NCBI GenBank assembly: GCA_903813345.2
Contig: CAIIXF020000001.1
Span: 37,200,001 to 37,264,000 of the forward strand
Source: Owenia fusiformis
Taxonomy: Eukaryota
Direction of reading: 5' to 3'
Length of the DNA: 64,000 nucleotides
Part shown: one piece after another, positions 35,902-51,300 of the stretch
How the letters are laid out: every line of letters begins with the position of its first letter
Numbering within the stretch: the stretch's first letter is position 1
The notes under the pieces: model-generated
What the model was told of the DNA's origin: nothing
What the model saw: only the letters and a program-made list of their open reading frames with translations
The model's database searches: none
Position numbers and translations under genes: made by a program

Positions 35902-38600
35902 TCTAAGCATACGAACAAAAAATATATTATCATAATGTAAAAATATACTATAATTTTACTGTATATGTCGGTGTTTAATTAGTGTAATTACGCAAGTGTG
36001 TTTTTCAGATTTTGTTTGATTTTTCAAATATGAGCCAAGCAGATTCAACAAAATTGTGTGGAATATTTAGGTAATTTATGATTGGGAACATATTAGTTTT
36101 CTTACCATTTAAAACATTTAATTATCAGAATTTTCCGTATAATCGCAAGGGGTCAAACAACAAATTATTGTTCATGTCTTATAAAACACAATAAAATAAC
36201 AAATAGGTAATATAATCGCAAGGGGTCAAGATGGCCACCAGAATTTAATCTAATTAAATGGTACAGAGGTATTCTTACTCGACGTTACTGCTGGTTATCA
36301 TCAAGTTTTCTGATGGTTGTTTCTTCTTTGACTTTACCGCTGGATATAATCAAATTTCAGGAAGATAGTGATGACGATTTTTCTCAATTATTCATGAATT
36401 CGACCAAGTCTTGATGGTTGTTTCATAAGCAACTGACCTATATCTAACTACGAAAAATAGAATTTTAGCTGCAGTCCCAGTTAGTCAAGGAAGAGCAATA
36501 GCCCCTCCCTCATTGATAATGTTCACCGCTGAATAAAAGTCCATAGCTCAAAACGTATTGAGACCCATTTTGTGAAAAACGAGCATAATTTAAGCATTTG
36601 TCATTCTAATTTAAAAGTGATTCATTTGTAGCTTTTATCTTACTAATACCAGAGAAACAATACAAAACGTCGATACACTGATTACATAATTGTTTGGTAT
36701 TTAGAAACCTAAATCATATATTTAAAATAATTTTGTATTATTTTCTGTTACATTGTGTACTCCAAATTGTGAAAAAGTGATTGGGATTTTATTTTTTGGC
36801 AATTTTTTTACCTCTGTTAACGATATTCTAATGAGACTTCTCCGTGGCATTTTTTCTTTATTCCTTTTTGTTTTGAATTTTTTACACCATAACATTAACT
36901 AACTACTCAATATGCAACTTTTCACCACGTAGAATTTTAAAATATTAAGTTTGAAAATTCCATTTTTATAATGGAGCTCAATGGAAAAACGACATAATTT
37001 GAATTGTTTTGAAATGTAGCGGCGCGATTTTCTTGAAATTTACAGATATAATAAATATTGGTAAGACGAAATGTTTGAAGAAAAATGAAGAAAATTCACA
37101 GTCCTGGTTACGCAAAATATAGAAAATATGAAATAATCATAAAAACCTGTAAAAATAGATTGAGGGGGTGATAATCATTTTTAATGTGACTTTCACTACT
37201 ATAGGGTAACCATAGTTTTGGTAATGGTTTACCAATTTTAAAAGCATATCTTCCAGCATATGTATCAAGCACAAGTAATACAATAAGTGAGTTATCATTA
37301 ATTGGAATGGTATTATTGTATTCCTTAGCAATGATGACAAAAAGGTAAAATCAATCATATCACATATCATCAAATCGATCTATTATAATGCATATTAAAC
37401 AATATAGCACTAGATCTTCAAATTCGAGAATTCAGCTAAATGATAAGATGTCAAAAAGAGTAGTTTATTTATTGTAAAACATCAAAAATAAAACAAGGTT
37501 TGGTCAGGAAGGGAACAGGTGAAATCCTTGGGATATATGAATTAATTAATTATAAGAAACATATTCATGTTTCTACAATTTAGGGTAACCCTGTGTATTA
37601 TTCTACTGCCCATGGCTATACCAGTGCAAAATATTACAAAAATATTATTTACTTTTTATCATAATTCAATGTGACAATATCAGTCTTATCTTCAAATTTG
37701 TCTATAATAGTTTGCCTGTAAGGTTGAGCAAGCAGTCTATTGCATTGATAGTATAAGATGTTGATTTTGCAAAGCTTTTATGGGCTAATTCTACAATATG
37801 TACAGTAACATATGTAAGGGTGCCAGTTTGTAGTCCAGTATATAGTAAACAAAGGAGTATTTTGGTCAACTCAATAAATCTGATACACACTACATGAAGT
37901 GTTTTCTATGCAATGATTATATACAGGCACTTATTCATTGTTACTGCGAATTTCAAAAGCCTCCAAATTGGGTGGAATAGAGCATGCAATGTTTTTCAGT
38001 TTCAAGCAGGTTTTAGTACATTCTGACCAATTGTATTTTCAGACTTATTCATTTCATGATTATGTAATACTGACCTACTTATCTTCTTAGCATATCTTTA
38101 ATGGCAGGCATAATTCAGCCTAAAAGCCGGAAGTATATTAAACGGTTATAATAAGAAATTATTAGGGAACATCTGTATGTATGCTAATGTTAGGTCAAAT
38201 ATCGCTGCACTATAGTGTGCTACCAGCTCCTTTATCAGACGTCCTAGAGATGTCATACCATGGACTAATACATACAGTACATACAGTACATACACACATA
38301 CATACATACATACATACATACACAGCCTACCACTTGGGGCTGTATTCCCCAGGAGTTTATTAGGGACTAGGTCCATCAGACAATATTTCTTATTTCGGTA
38401 GGACTAGAAATATGTTCATACAATTATTACAAAAATAAAACTTAAAAATGCGGTATTTAAGACAGACCAGCTGGTATATTATATAGGAACTGTATCAGTT
38501 TTCGTATTCACTGAACCAAGATATGAGCCCGTTTTCGTATTTTTCTGACTTCATTTACGTAACTTAAGTGAGGAAGTATATTGATGCTTTTAAAGTCTTA

Positions 38601-39092
38601 CACCCCAGTCACATTTCCTACGGCGACCTTGCGGTCTATCATTTCTGCGGCCAGTAGCTTTTCTACGCTCGCCGCAGAATTCCTGCGCTCTCGTACTTTT
38701 GCAGTCACATTTCCCACGGCAGCCGCACGGTGAATTTTAAATTTATATTGATAAATAATAGTTTTTTTTCATTTTATTTACATCAGGACAATTTATAAAT
38801 GTTATTCAAAGTGCTAGGATGTAATATCAAATGAAAAGTGATCGTGAAACATTGACAAATAATGATTCAATCTTGTTGAGCCAGTTGATTTCTACGGGGA
38901 CCTCAGAAATGAACAAATATTATAACTCCGAGTTATAATTTCTACGCCTTCCCTGCGGCCTGTAAAAATCTGCATACGCCGTACGGAGGCCGCAAGGCGA
39001 GCGTAGTTTTTCTACGCTCGCCGCAGAAATTCACCGATTTAATTGTTCTGCGGTCGACTTGCGGCCGCCGTGCGACAAATGTGACTGGGGTG
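38601..39092. mobile_element. CACCCC-family MITE copy 2
   Basis: Full-length copy with flanks TTA/TTA, ~250 bp downstream of the gene C stop codon. Confidence 0.85.
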
Positions 39093-39339
39093 TTACGCAG
39101 TGATTCGTTTGAAAAAGTTTACATTTTCTGAAACATAAGACCATGAATTACGTTTGTGCCAAAAAAGGTAGAAATGATTTTGCCTACATCTCACATATTT
39201 TTTCGAATAACTGTTGTGCCATTTTGTTACGAAATCGGATCAGGATTAGGTTATGCATTAATAAACAACTTACATCTTAGAAGCAATCATATTTCTTTAT
39301 TTACCATGTTTCATTTGCAACAAAAATGGTTTGTTCTAT

Positions 39340-42300
39340 TTAATTGGCTCCTAAGACTCTTACACTTCCTTTACCACAGACCTTCTCACCAATTTGCATA
39401 ACGGTGTCTCTGAGTCTTGTAAAGTCTGCGCTTAATATGTTAATCATGAGGTCTGGATTGTCACTAGCTCCAGAAATACGCATCCATTCTTCTTGTCCAA
39501 TAACTTGTGGTACACAGTTAGGTTTATTTGGCTTACAGCCCTGAGGCAGACCAACCACCAGGATAACCGCGCCAGTGGCTCTTAGGGAATCCGCGTTATC
39601 ATATGTGTCTTGTACTTTGCCTAAAATGGAACATTGTGGTCAGAAACATCGAAGAAGCCTATAGCTATCTCTCAGTCACACAAAACTAGATCTCAACTTG
39701 TCTTATCTCGTCCTAACACCCCAGTCACATTTCCTACGGCGACCTTGCGGTCTATCATTTCTGCGGCCAGTAACATTTCTACGCTCGCCGTGGAATTTCT
39801 GCGCTCTCATACTTTTGCAGTCACATTTCCCACGGCACCCGCACGGTGAATTTTAAATTTCTGTTGATAAATAATACTTTTTTCATAAATGTTATTCATA
39901 GTGCTAGGATGTAATATCAAATGAAAAGTGATCCTGAAACATTGACAAATAATGATTCAATCTTAAGTTGAGCCAGTTGATTTCTCCGGGGACCTCAGAA
40001 ATGAACAAATATTATAACTCCGAGTTATAATTTCTACGGCGACCCTGCGGCCTGTAAAAAACTGGATACGCCGTACGGAGGCCGCAAGGCGAGCGTAGTT
40101 TTTTTACGCTCGCCGCAGAAATACACTGATTTAATTGATCTGCGGTCGACGCACGCCCTCCGTACGACAAATGTGACTGGGGTGTTAATCGTAAAACGGA
40201 CGGTGGTCGGGTTGAAACGTTCTAAAATACGATGCAGGTACTGTAGCGATTTTAGGCATTTTGATCGGGTTGTTGTCGGGGCAAATTATTATGTGACTAT
40301 CTGAGGTTATGTTTTTATCTGATTAAAGTATCCGGTCTTGTGCGCCGCAGATAATGTGGAAGAGGTCAACATTTAGTCTTAACCTTAAAGCCACTGCAGT
40401 AAAATTTCAACAAAATCGCTCCACTACTTTTTCAGTTATAGCAAAAACGAAAAATAGTACTCATAAAATGGACTCCATTTTTCAAAATGGCCGCTTACTA
40501 GCCAAATTGTCATACGAAAGTAAAATATCTGCACTTTTTAAATGGCCGCTCGCTAGTAAAGGAGGGGGAGTTCTTTGTCGAATGAATTGGGGGCGTTTTT
40601 TATGCATTTCGCTTATGTTTTTCATCCAAAAAACATCAATACACTTTTAAACATTTTATTGACTACAGGGCGTCGAATAAGTCTGTTCTCCCCATTAACT
40701 TTTTTATTTTTAAAGTTATCATACTTTCTAATATATCATTCTATAGCTTATTAAAAATCATTAATGAACTCTTTCTAATAAAATTGCTACAATGTTCCTT
40801 GAAAGGATGAGGTTGACAATTGGTTACATCAAAAATTGTAAAATTACCAGGATAATGGATGAATGGTGAAACATTGTTCAAATGTATCAAGAAAGCTCTC
40901 AGAAGCCTTGAGAGTGCAACACCCCTGTTTGTGAACAATTTGGAATCGTATCCTCATAGAATTGAGGCTGTCTGAGCTGAGGGGTCATACACCAAGCTTT
41001 CGCAGTGACTGCGACTTTCCAACAAGGTTCGGAAAGACATTTTATTTCATTCTCAAGAATTGGTAGAAAGGAACAAAAAACAATTGCACTAAAAACAAAA
41101 AATGTTAACAAAAACAGTTATATAAAATATATATAAATACTCTTTGCATTAACGGAAAGCCTTGATTTGATTGGTTGCGAGAATCGCCTCTAAATGTAAA
41201 ACCATATATGCTAATACTGTACTAATATGTACTAATATATGAATCCTGGATTGATTGAGTAAGTTTATTACGCGAGATTGGTACCTTATACTTCTGCTAA
41301 GTTAATATATTCGATACACAGTACTGTAGATTCAGTAATCATTATAGTAATTTATAACGTTTTACTTGTTCGTTCAATCGATGCAATTGACAATTGCGTA
41401 TTTCCGTATCACGTTCTCATTGGTTAGTGTGTATGCCATATACCGCAGGTGAATCTGTCATACACCGCAGGTGAATATGTCATATTCGTTGCGGAATATG
41501 ACATATTTTTGTATCGTGTTTACCGAGTAATAAATGAGGCGATATGTTTCTTAAATTTAGATGTACGCTATAAACTCAAACAAAAATTCAAACTACCCGC
41601 TATTATTTTGATTTGCACCAGACGAAATTTCCACTCCCGGGGAGCACTTTGGTAACACTTTGAAGGAGGATTCTTGAAAAATCGTTCGAATTTTCACAAA
41701 AGGTTTCATGCAATTTCATTGCTTTGTTTAAGCCTCAACTAAAATCATACTCAAAAACCGATACCATAATTATAAATTAAAATGAAACATTAAACTCACC
41801 AGGTTATATGATAAACCGTTTCGGGCATCGCTTTGAGTTTAACTGTGGATATTTAAATCAATGTAAGTCGGCATGTATTCGACAGTTAATGTACACATAT
41901 GATGTATGCATCAACGTGTGACTTAAATATCAATTCGTGATCATCATATTTGGCTTTCAAAAATTAAGGTGGAAGTTACAATGATAGGATAATACCGAAA
42001 ACGTCAATCACATCCAAATATCCGAACGATGTCAAGTATTAACAATACACTTTTCGTGCATCTCGAACAAGGCAAGGCTCTGTGATCCAGCAATGTATTC
42101 CGAAAGAATAAATTCACAAATATCAACAATTTTCAGGAGTAGGAGATTACATTCGAAATCACAACTTTCAAAATATTTGTTTCAACCGAGAATTGTAAGA
42201 ACTTGAAACATATTTTTAGTTTTTCAAACCGCATATCCTCATTTACGTTCTTTGACAAGGATGAATCCATTTGAAAATATGGATTTTCTTGATTATTCTT

Positions 42301-45300
42301 CAAAACCACCCTTGAAATATTAGTATGTAGGATATTACAATGTAAATGGACACGCATCTGTTTGCTCCATATCATGAAAAAATAAATGCAACTACCATCT
42401 GTCAATATTCGAAAACAGAAAGTTCATTCTATATTTAAAAAAGAAAAAATACATTTTTTTGTTTTTAGTGCAATTGTTTTTTGTTCCTTTCAACCAATTC
42501 TTGAGAATGAAATAAAATGTCTTTTCGAACCTCGTCGAACAAAATAGCATATACAACATTTTCTTAGACCTCTCAATATTACAGTTACACAAAGGAAATT
42601 TTGGTTGATTTAACAAAAAGTATGCAAAAACCTAAAACAAAACCCCCAAAATAGATTAAAATTAAGATAAACCTTTTATATCATTAACAAGATTTTAAAA
42701 TCAACCAAACTTTCCTTTGGTGAGTTCCGCTTCAACATGAGAGCAGTGCAGACAGTGGTAGCAGAGTAGAGCAGTCCGGCAGAGTAGAGAGCAGTGCAGA
42801 CAGGCAGAGCATAGTAGACAGTCAGAGAAGAAGGCCGAGACGACAGGTAGCAGAGCTGACAGGCAGAGTAGAGAGCAGGGAGATAGGCAAATCAGATAGA
42901 TAGAGTAGACCGGCAGAATTGAGAGCAGGCAGGCAAGGTACAGACAGACAACTTGGAGCCAGAGTGTTTTTGATTCTTATCTATAGAGACATTGTACGTG
43001 TATCTGATCGCGTTTTTAGCCATAAAGGCATGTGAGGACATTCCTGAAATTTATTGTTATAATCATAGTGTTTAATAGATTGTTAAAGTCCCGTAGTTGA
43101 TCGTTTTGTACATTTGTGTGTTCTCCATCTTCTAGCTCAGCGACAGCTGAAGCACCAAACCAGCTCGGCGCCTGTGAGAAACACCTCCGAATCCCTTGTT
43201 ATCGCCACCAGACCTTCTCCGAGGGAGTACGGGTTCTCGGCGGAAGTTCTGGCGCGCGACAATATATTATCAATGAGTGAAGCAGAAGTATTTGTTATTC
43301 GTTTCGGTCTATATATGAGAGGGAAATAATGCCAAGCTCTGTTATTGTATTTAGGAGAATAGAGGATCCGTGAGCAGGGGCGTTATCCTGGTGGACCGTA
43401 TAGGTCGACATTGCTCTTTGAGGACGTTGAAGTGTGTGACTAGGGATGTGCAGTGTTTACTGCAGACATCCGCTGATTGAGATTCTAGTGCGATATTCCT
43501 CTCAGATCTCTTTTCACCTCTGTAAGAAAATACATATAATTCAAACTGACAACATCAAGATTTGACCATATCAACAGTTTTTATTCATCAAAGTGATTAT
43601 TTGATGTATAACAATAATTCATCATGTAAACCCTTAAGGTTGCCCCGTGTATCCGTGACAATGGTTACCCTAGTAACCATAACTTTGTCAATACTAAGTC
43701 GGTTGTCCAGAGATTTGGGTAGAATAAGGTCAGATATGTGTTGCTTATGTTGTAAAAAATTTCATGAAGAAATATGCAAGATAACAAAAGTTATAACAAA
43801 ATTAGCAATGCTTATTGAACGCCCTGTACATCCACAAAATGTACATAAACAGACCAGACACTGGTCTTTAATTCATAATATTATAAACTGTATTATAGAT
43901 TTTACGAATTGAAAATTAATTATATTAACACACCAATACTGGTGGATGAAATAGATAAATAAATAAATGGCACTTTCTTATATACTGTAGTACCTGTAAC
44001 ATGGTAGCATGGTAACATCGCAGTACCTGCCATGTTACACCCCAGTCACATTTCCTACGGCGACCTTGCGGTCTATCATTTCTGCGGCCAGTAGCTTTTC
44101 TACGCTCGCCGCAGAATTTCTGCGCTCTCATACTTCTGCAGTCACATTTCCCACGGCACCCGCACGGTGAATTTTAAATTTCTGTTGATAAATAATACTT
44201 TTTTCATAAATGTTATTCATAGTGCTAGGATGTAATATCAAATGAAAAGTGATCGTGAAACATTGACAAATGATGATTCAATCTTGTTGAGCCAGTTGAT
44301 TTCTACGGGGACCTCAGAAATGAACAAATATTATAACTCCGAGTTATAATTTCTACGCCTTCCCTGCGGCCTGTAAAAATCTGCATACGCCGTACGGAGG
44401 CCGCAAGGCGAGCGTAGTTTTTCTACGCTCGCCGCAGAAATTCACCGATTTAATTGTTCTGCGGTCGACTTGCGGCCGCCGTGCGACAAATGTGACTGGG
44501 GTGTAAATTGCCCGAACGAGCCACCTATTGGTGAAAGTGATAACTGCTTGCATCTGGGTAATCGGAGAATGCTCTTCTTTGAATATTTTGAAGATAAGAT
44601 ACAAAAAATATTTGATGGACAAAATTTCTATAGATAGGACTTGATTTAGATTCTATTAATTATTACAAAATATATCATTATGGGTCTTTAATGCATCTAG
44701 TCACAATTACCACCCCAAGCAGTATTTGTGAAAATATCATTACCATGTTATCATACTCCACCCTTTCTTGCCCCTTCCCAACGGCTATTAATGTGCTCTT
44801 ATTTATACTTATTTATTTATTTATTTATTTATTTGCGCTGCTATTCTTATATTCAATTTATGTTCAATCAATCAAACAGTATATGACATATATTGATGAT
44901 TGCGCCGTATTTGTGATACAGTTGAATATGCCATGCATACCTGCGGTATATGGCACATTCTGCAGGTGAGTATGCGATACATTGATTTCAGTGAATACCG
45001 ATACTCACATGCGGAATATGAAATATTTACTTGTGGAATATGCCATATACCGCAGGTGAAAACGTGATACAGAAAGCCAGAACAGATAATTGGTTGCAAA
45101 ATCGACTCTAGATGTAGAATTACGCTGGGTTACCAATATAGTTAGTGCTTCGAGTACTAATATATGAATCCTGAAAATATTGAGTAAGTTATTACTTGAG
45201 ATTGCTGAGTAATACTAAGTCTTTGCATTAGATTATATATCCAATGCACCGTGCTATTGATTTAGTAATCATTACTAAAAACTAATTTAACTTTTACCCG

Positions 45301-48300
45301 TTCGTTCAATCGATGCAATTGACAATTGCGTTCTTCCGTATGACGTTCTCATTGGTTGGTGAGAGTATGCCATGTACTGCAGGTGAATCTGTCATACACC
45401 GTAAGTTAATATGCCATATTCGTTGCGGAATTTGACATATATTTGTTTCGCGTTTACCGCGTAACAGCATACAGTATACACCTATCTAGGTATTAAGGAA
45501 ATAAGAAATAAATGAGTAATCAGACATCAAGATTGCAAGCAATCTTACAGAGGGGTCGCGGGCCTTTTTGACAATTTGAATGTCAGCAAGAAGTTTGAAT
45601 CTAAAATCTCAGGTCATTTATAAACTCCATGCGACTTCAAGGTGATTATTTAAAAAGTGTTTGGTCAATTTGAACCAAGTTGAAAATTGACCATCAAATA
45701 TTTCAAAAGGGGCGCGAGTTGTTTGTAGAATGAATTGGAGGAGTTTTTTCATGCATTTCGCTTATGTTTTTCATCTTAAAATCAGGAATACACTTTAAAC
45801 GTTTTATTGGCTGTGAGATTGCACCATATAATCCAAAAATTGGGTTGCGATATAAATGAAAGCAACCCAATAAGGTATATATTAAATATTAACCTTCTTG
45901 TTATCTCAAAATCTGCTTGGAACCACTCCACTGGATTAACATGGGAAATTCATCCAAGAGAATATTCAAGGGATTAAAGAAATAATGCAGTTTACACAAT
46001 TTGAGAAATTAATATTGGCATACATGAAACCTATTTAAAACAGCATTTATATTATTTCAAAGCCTCGAGCACAATGATTCCCAGCCCTCTGAAGTTTGAA
46101 AAACAAAAAATACCTTGAAAATGAGAACTTTTTTTTTCATCAAGAGATTTTATTGCCATTAATCATTAAATGAGAACTTTTTGGAGGATTATACGATACG
46201 GAGCAATCTTATAGCCAATAAAATGTTTTACAGTGTATTGTTGTTTTTTTAGATGAAAAACATAAGCAAAATGCATGAAAAAACTCCCTCGATTCATTCT
46301 ACAAACAACTCGCGGTCCTTTGACCATTCTTCGGTTTTGAGCTCTTATATCTCAAAACTTATGCAAAATGTTAATAGATACTTAATCAATAGCTACTATA
46401 TGTGAACCCAGGGCCGTCAGATGGGGGGGCGGGTGCGATGGGTGCTACCGTACCCTCCTTTGTTACCCCCCAAAATAAATTTGAAAAAAAATTGAAAAAA
46501 AATTTTTTTTTTCATTGACTCATACACTTTTAAAGTACCCAGAAAGCACCAAATAGTATCTTAAAAGTGTAAAATTTTCTAGGGGTATTGGCCACCCCTC
46601 ACACCCCCACAAAACAATGGAAAAGTTCTAAATTTATTTTAGTGTTTTGTCTCAGACACATTTAAAGTGCCCAGACATCATCAAATAGCTCCTTGATATA
46701 GTTAGTATTTCTGGGGGACTTGCTCCCCCTCTTGCATCTTACACTTGCATAACCCCCCCCCCTCTGGCGCCCCCCCCTTGACCCCCCCCCCAAAAAAATT
46801 GTGATTTTCTCAAATTCTTTAATTGACTCATACAATTTGAAAATGCCCAGAAAGCACCAAATAGCGTCGTAAAATTGTAAAATTTTCTAGAGGGAGTGGG
46901 CCACCCCTCACACCCCAAACAAAACAAGAAAAAGTTCTGAATTTGTTTTATGTATTGTCTCAGACACTTTTAAATTGCCCAGACTTCATCAAATAGCTCC
47001 TTGATAAAGTTAATGATTCTGGAAGACTAACACTTACTCGCCCTCTGGCATCCCCACTCCACCTTCCCCTCTGGCAGCCCCCCCCCTTAACAGCCCCCCC
47101 CCAAAAAAAAAATTAAATTAAAAATTTGAGATTTTTCAATTTTTTTTATTGACTCATACATTTTGAAAGTGCCCAGAAAGCACCAAATGGCATCTTAAAA
47201 TTGTAAAATTTTCTTGGGAAATATGCGCTTTTAGGCGCAGACACTTTTAAAGTGCCCAAACTTCATCGAATAGCACCTTGATGTTGTAAATTTTGATATG
47301 GGGGAAAAACACTTGCTCCCCCTCTGGCACCCCAGCCTCACCTCCCTCTCTGGCACCCCTAATACCTTTAAAAGTGCCCAGAAGCACCAAATATCATCTT
47401 TAAATTGTAAAATTTTCTAGGAGAGTTAGCCACCCCTCACATCCCCCACAAAACAAAATAAAATATTCTGAATTTCATGTATTGTCTCAGACATTTTTTA
47501 AGTGCCCAGACATTATCAAATAGCACCTTGATATGGTCAATGTTTCTGGGGGACAACCCATTGCTCCCCTACTGGCACCCCACCCCACTTCACCCTCTGA
47601 TCCTCTTTGACACCCCCAAAAGAATTTGAAAAAAAAATTCACATTTTCCTTATTGACTCAAATCGCACAGGCGTACCAGATGGTTGCAAATTCGCTCCAA
47701 ATACAACCAAATTTCAAAATTTTCATGGGGGAGAACCCCCAGACCCCCCTGAATGTTCGGTTTTTATTCTCAGAAACTTAGTGCCCAGAAAGCACCAAAT
47801 AGCATCTCAAAACTACTCCTCACACCCCCCACAAAACAATTGGAACGTTTTGAAGTTGCATTTGTTAATTCCAAACCAATAAAGGGAGTAACTGACCCCC
47901 CCCCCTCTGTCTTACGCGATTTGATTTACGCGTCAAAAAAATTGACAATTTTATATTCTCTTTAGTAAGCTAAAAACCGCACCCCCTTGGAGAAAAGTGT
48001 CTTACGGGCCTGGAACCATAAGGGGTAGATGAATAAATAGCTGAATAGGAAGCTGAGCAAGTTACTATGTGAATAGATGAATAGGTAGCTAAGTAAGTAG
48101 CTGAGTAAGTAACTGAGTAGGTAGCTGGGTAGGTAGGTAAGTGGAGGAGATAGATAGGTATGTAGGAATGTAGGTAGGTATGTAGGTAGGTTGTGATATT
48201 AATTTGGTGGCGGCGGGTTCTGATTTCAGATTCGGAATCCTGAAGGTACCTCAAAATTTAGAGAACTTTTTTGTTGACCTACTTTCTGGACATCATATCT

Positions 48301-51300
48301 CAAAACTGATCTTGGATATACCTATCATTCTTCTCTATCAGTACACAAGATTTCAAAGAAAAATATGAAAGTAAAATAGTGCTGAAATCGCAAAATCAAA
48401 GAAAATGACTTAGATTTTGACCTTGACCTTAGATCTTAATCTCGTATTTTAAACTAAGAAAAACGATTTTGAAAATCTGACGATTTTGAACTTGAAAGGT
48501 CTTAGATCCTGAACCGGAAATCGGATTCGGAATCATGTACAGTACATATCCATTGATGAACAATGTAATAATAGAAAAATGATAAGGCTAAGTTGAATGA
48601 TGAACATCATTGAAGGCAGAATCAGATCTAGAAATTACTTTAATTACTTTGGTGCTTATACTTGACGAAACTTGTTTCAATTTTAGAATATTTCGGGCTC
48701 ATATCATTCCTTGCCATGTCTATTTTCTAAAAATATCCTAATTTATACTTTGTTTGAGGAAAATTAAAGATTTTTACAATAATGCCATTCTTATTATTTG
48801 GGAAGATTAAAATACTGTCTCCCCATTTTTGCATTTTGAACCTGAAATAACTTCGCCAACTGATAACATATCACAGATGTTTTGGGAGATATTATATTTG
48901 AGCTTGTGAGGAATATATTGGTAGATCAATTGTACATATTGCGTGCAATTTTGTCACTCCCTATAGATCTGATTCTACCTTATTTAGTACAAACCTCATT
49001 CCATCCAAATGATGAACATCGATCTGGTACTTACGTATTTTGAAGCAGTTCGTGCGCGTCATACTTATGTTTTTGAAATGTGCCAAATACTATAAAAACA
49101 TGTGAAACCACGTCAATGAAAACACAGAATTGTGTTAAGGGCTGATGTAAAGAAGTCAGTCCATCCTAGTGGGGATTGAGCCAGAGACCCATCGCTTTTC
49201 GGGCGAATGCTCTACCACTGAGTTGTGGGACCGATCGTCTCTTTCACATCAACACAGCATATATAACATTGCAGCCGTTACTGACTTAAACGTCCAGTTT
49301 CCTGGACCAAATATTAGTTTACCTGTTTTTCCAGGTTGTAATTCACTCAGTTGTATGATGTCACATCGTCATTCCCACGGGCCACTCTCCTATGGAGAGT
49401 TCTGGTTAATGAAATCACAGAATTGATCCTGTGCTAAGGGCTGACGTGAGAGTCCACCCTAGTGGGGAACTCATCTGATCAATTGATTTTTGGGGAAATG
49501 TTGATGAAATCGAGTATGTTGGTGTAACACCGATGTACTTTGTAAAGCATATACATACCATCGGGTTTAGTTACTCCATCTGACAACAGAATAACCTGAT
49601 TGGGAGCGTCAGGACGATCCCCTCTCCCTGAAGTAAAATACAAATTCTCCATTCTTTCTAAAGCTGCATATGTATGCGTCGAACAGCCTACTTCAGTAAG
49701 ATTCATTGTCGCTATACTCTGAATAAGTTTACCAGGGTCTTCTACGTCTGACAGATATGCAACATGTTGGGTTCCTTTATTAAAAGTTAGTGCACCCATT
49801 TGTACGCCATCATCCTCAATGCTGGGACTTAAGTTGAAAGCTCGAGCCATTTCAGTCATGAAAGTTCGAATCCTATCTTTGTCAAGATTGGATATGGAGC
49901 AGGATGTATCCACGGCAAATACGATATCAATAGGCTCCCGGCAATCTAGAGTAATTGCTGAAAAATAAAAATAAAGTAACTCTAGAGATGAACAGTATCA
50001 TATTAAACGTACGATAATCGGAGTATCATAAGGTTATCTTACGTGGTTCACAAGTTTTTGTTTCGTTACTACAGCCCAGACCTCTACAACAATCGTCATC
50101 TGATGAACATCTCTGTCTTCTCTCTCTACAACCTATGAAATAAACGTTGACCTAACATACAAAACAAGAAGTCTGAAGTCTGAAAACTCAATGAGTTTAG
50201 ATGTAAAAAGAGTAAGGCAGATTTTAAGATGATTTAGGCCTAGCTATTTCAAAGTGCATAATGTACAAACATGTTCCTGTAAATCCACATGCCATTACTT
50301 CATTGACATTTACGCAGCAGTCAAGTCCATTTCCGTTTCCATTCCCATTTTCACATGGTTGACCAAGTTCTTGACATATTTTTTCTGAAAAGTATTCGCA
50401 TTGAAAAACTATGACTTCATTTTTAAAATTTCATTTCCGTAATCAGTCTATAAATAAGAAACAACCATTTTATCTAGCCTGCCCAATATTGATATTTGTT
50501 GTCCAAAACAATTTAGATATCTGAGTAAAATCTAAAATTGTGTAGAATCAGTGGTCGAGCAGTAAACCGTTCATAGTACCACGAAATCGTCATTTTTATG
50601 TAACATTGATAACCATGGCCCAGATTGTGTTCGGCTGTCATTAAAAAGTGTAAGTATTGTCCCATCATGATACACCATGACATCTCATTTCTTCTCAGCC
50701 CTGAGATGTTTCAGGTGAAACAGAAAGATGCTATGAGTATCAGAATGGTATTGTCCTCACATTTTCCCATTACAACAGGGTGTTTACCAATTAAGTGTGA
50801 CAATTTAACGCGCGGGTAGTACCACTGAATAGTTGTTTTTACCTTCTGTACACTTTTGTGGATCTTTGTCCCATCTAACCGAGGTTCCGATTTGTTCACA
50901 TGTTAATACAATTGGTCCCTCTGGCTCAAAGTCAGCATCGCATTCAACAGTCACCTGATCACCGCACTTGTTATTACCGACTGTCGGTAATCGTACTCCG
51001 TTATCTGGTGCTACTATATCAATACACTGTAGGCCTGTGAGACGATAGAATAAAATAAGATATATCAAAATCAGATGTATAGTTGCTGTGATGTTTGTAA
51101 ATCTTTGCCTCTGTCCTTTAATACTATCAATATTCATTTCAATTACATTGGTAATAACATCAATACTTGTATAAGAGTTACGTGCAGTATGTAAGTGCTA
51201 CGTTAGTCTTCTAGGGAAAAAAGCTTGTACAAACTTTCGCATGTTGGGACTGGACCATCAACTTCACCATTGGACTCGCACTCGACAGTTTTATCAATTT

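Noticed and set aside
43000..43520. Possible LTR or primer-binding-site fragment
   Set aside because: Locally GC-richer, but no second LTR, clear PBS or gag/pol sequence.
49161..49232. Functional tRNA gene
   Set aside because: The T-loop is degenerate (GGCTCAA), the acceptor stem pairs poorly and the flanking sequence is partly duplicated; a SINE-like relic fits better.
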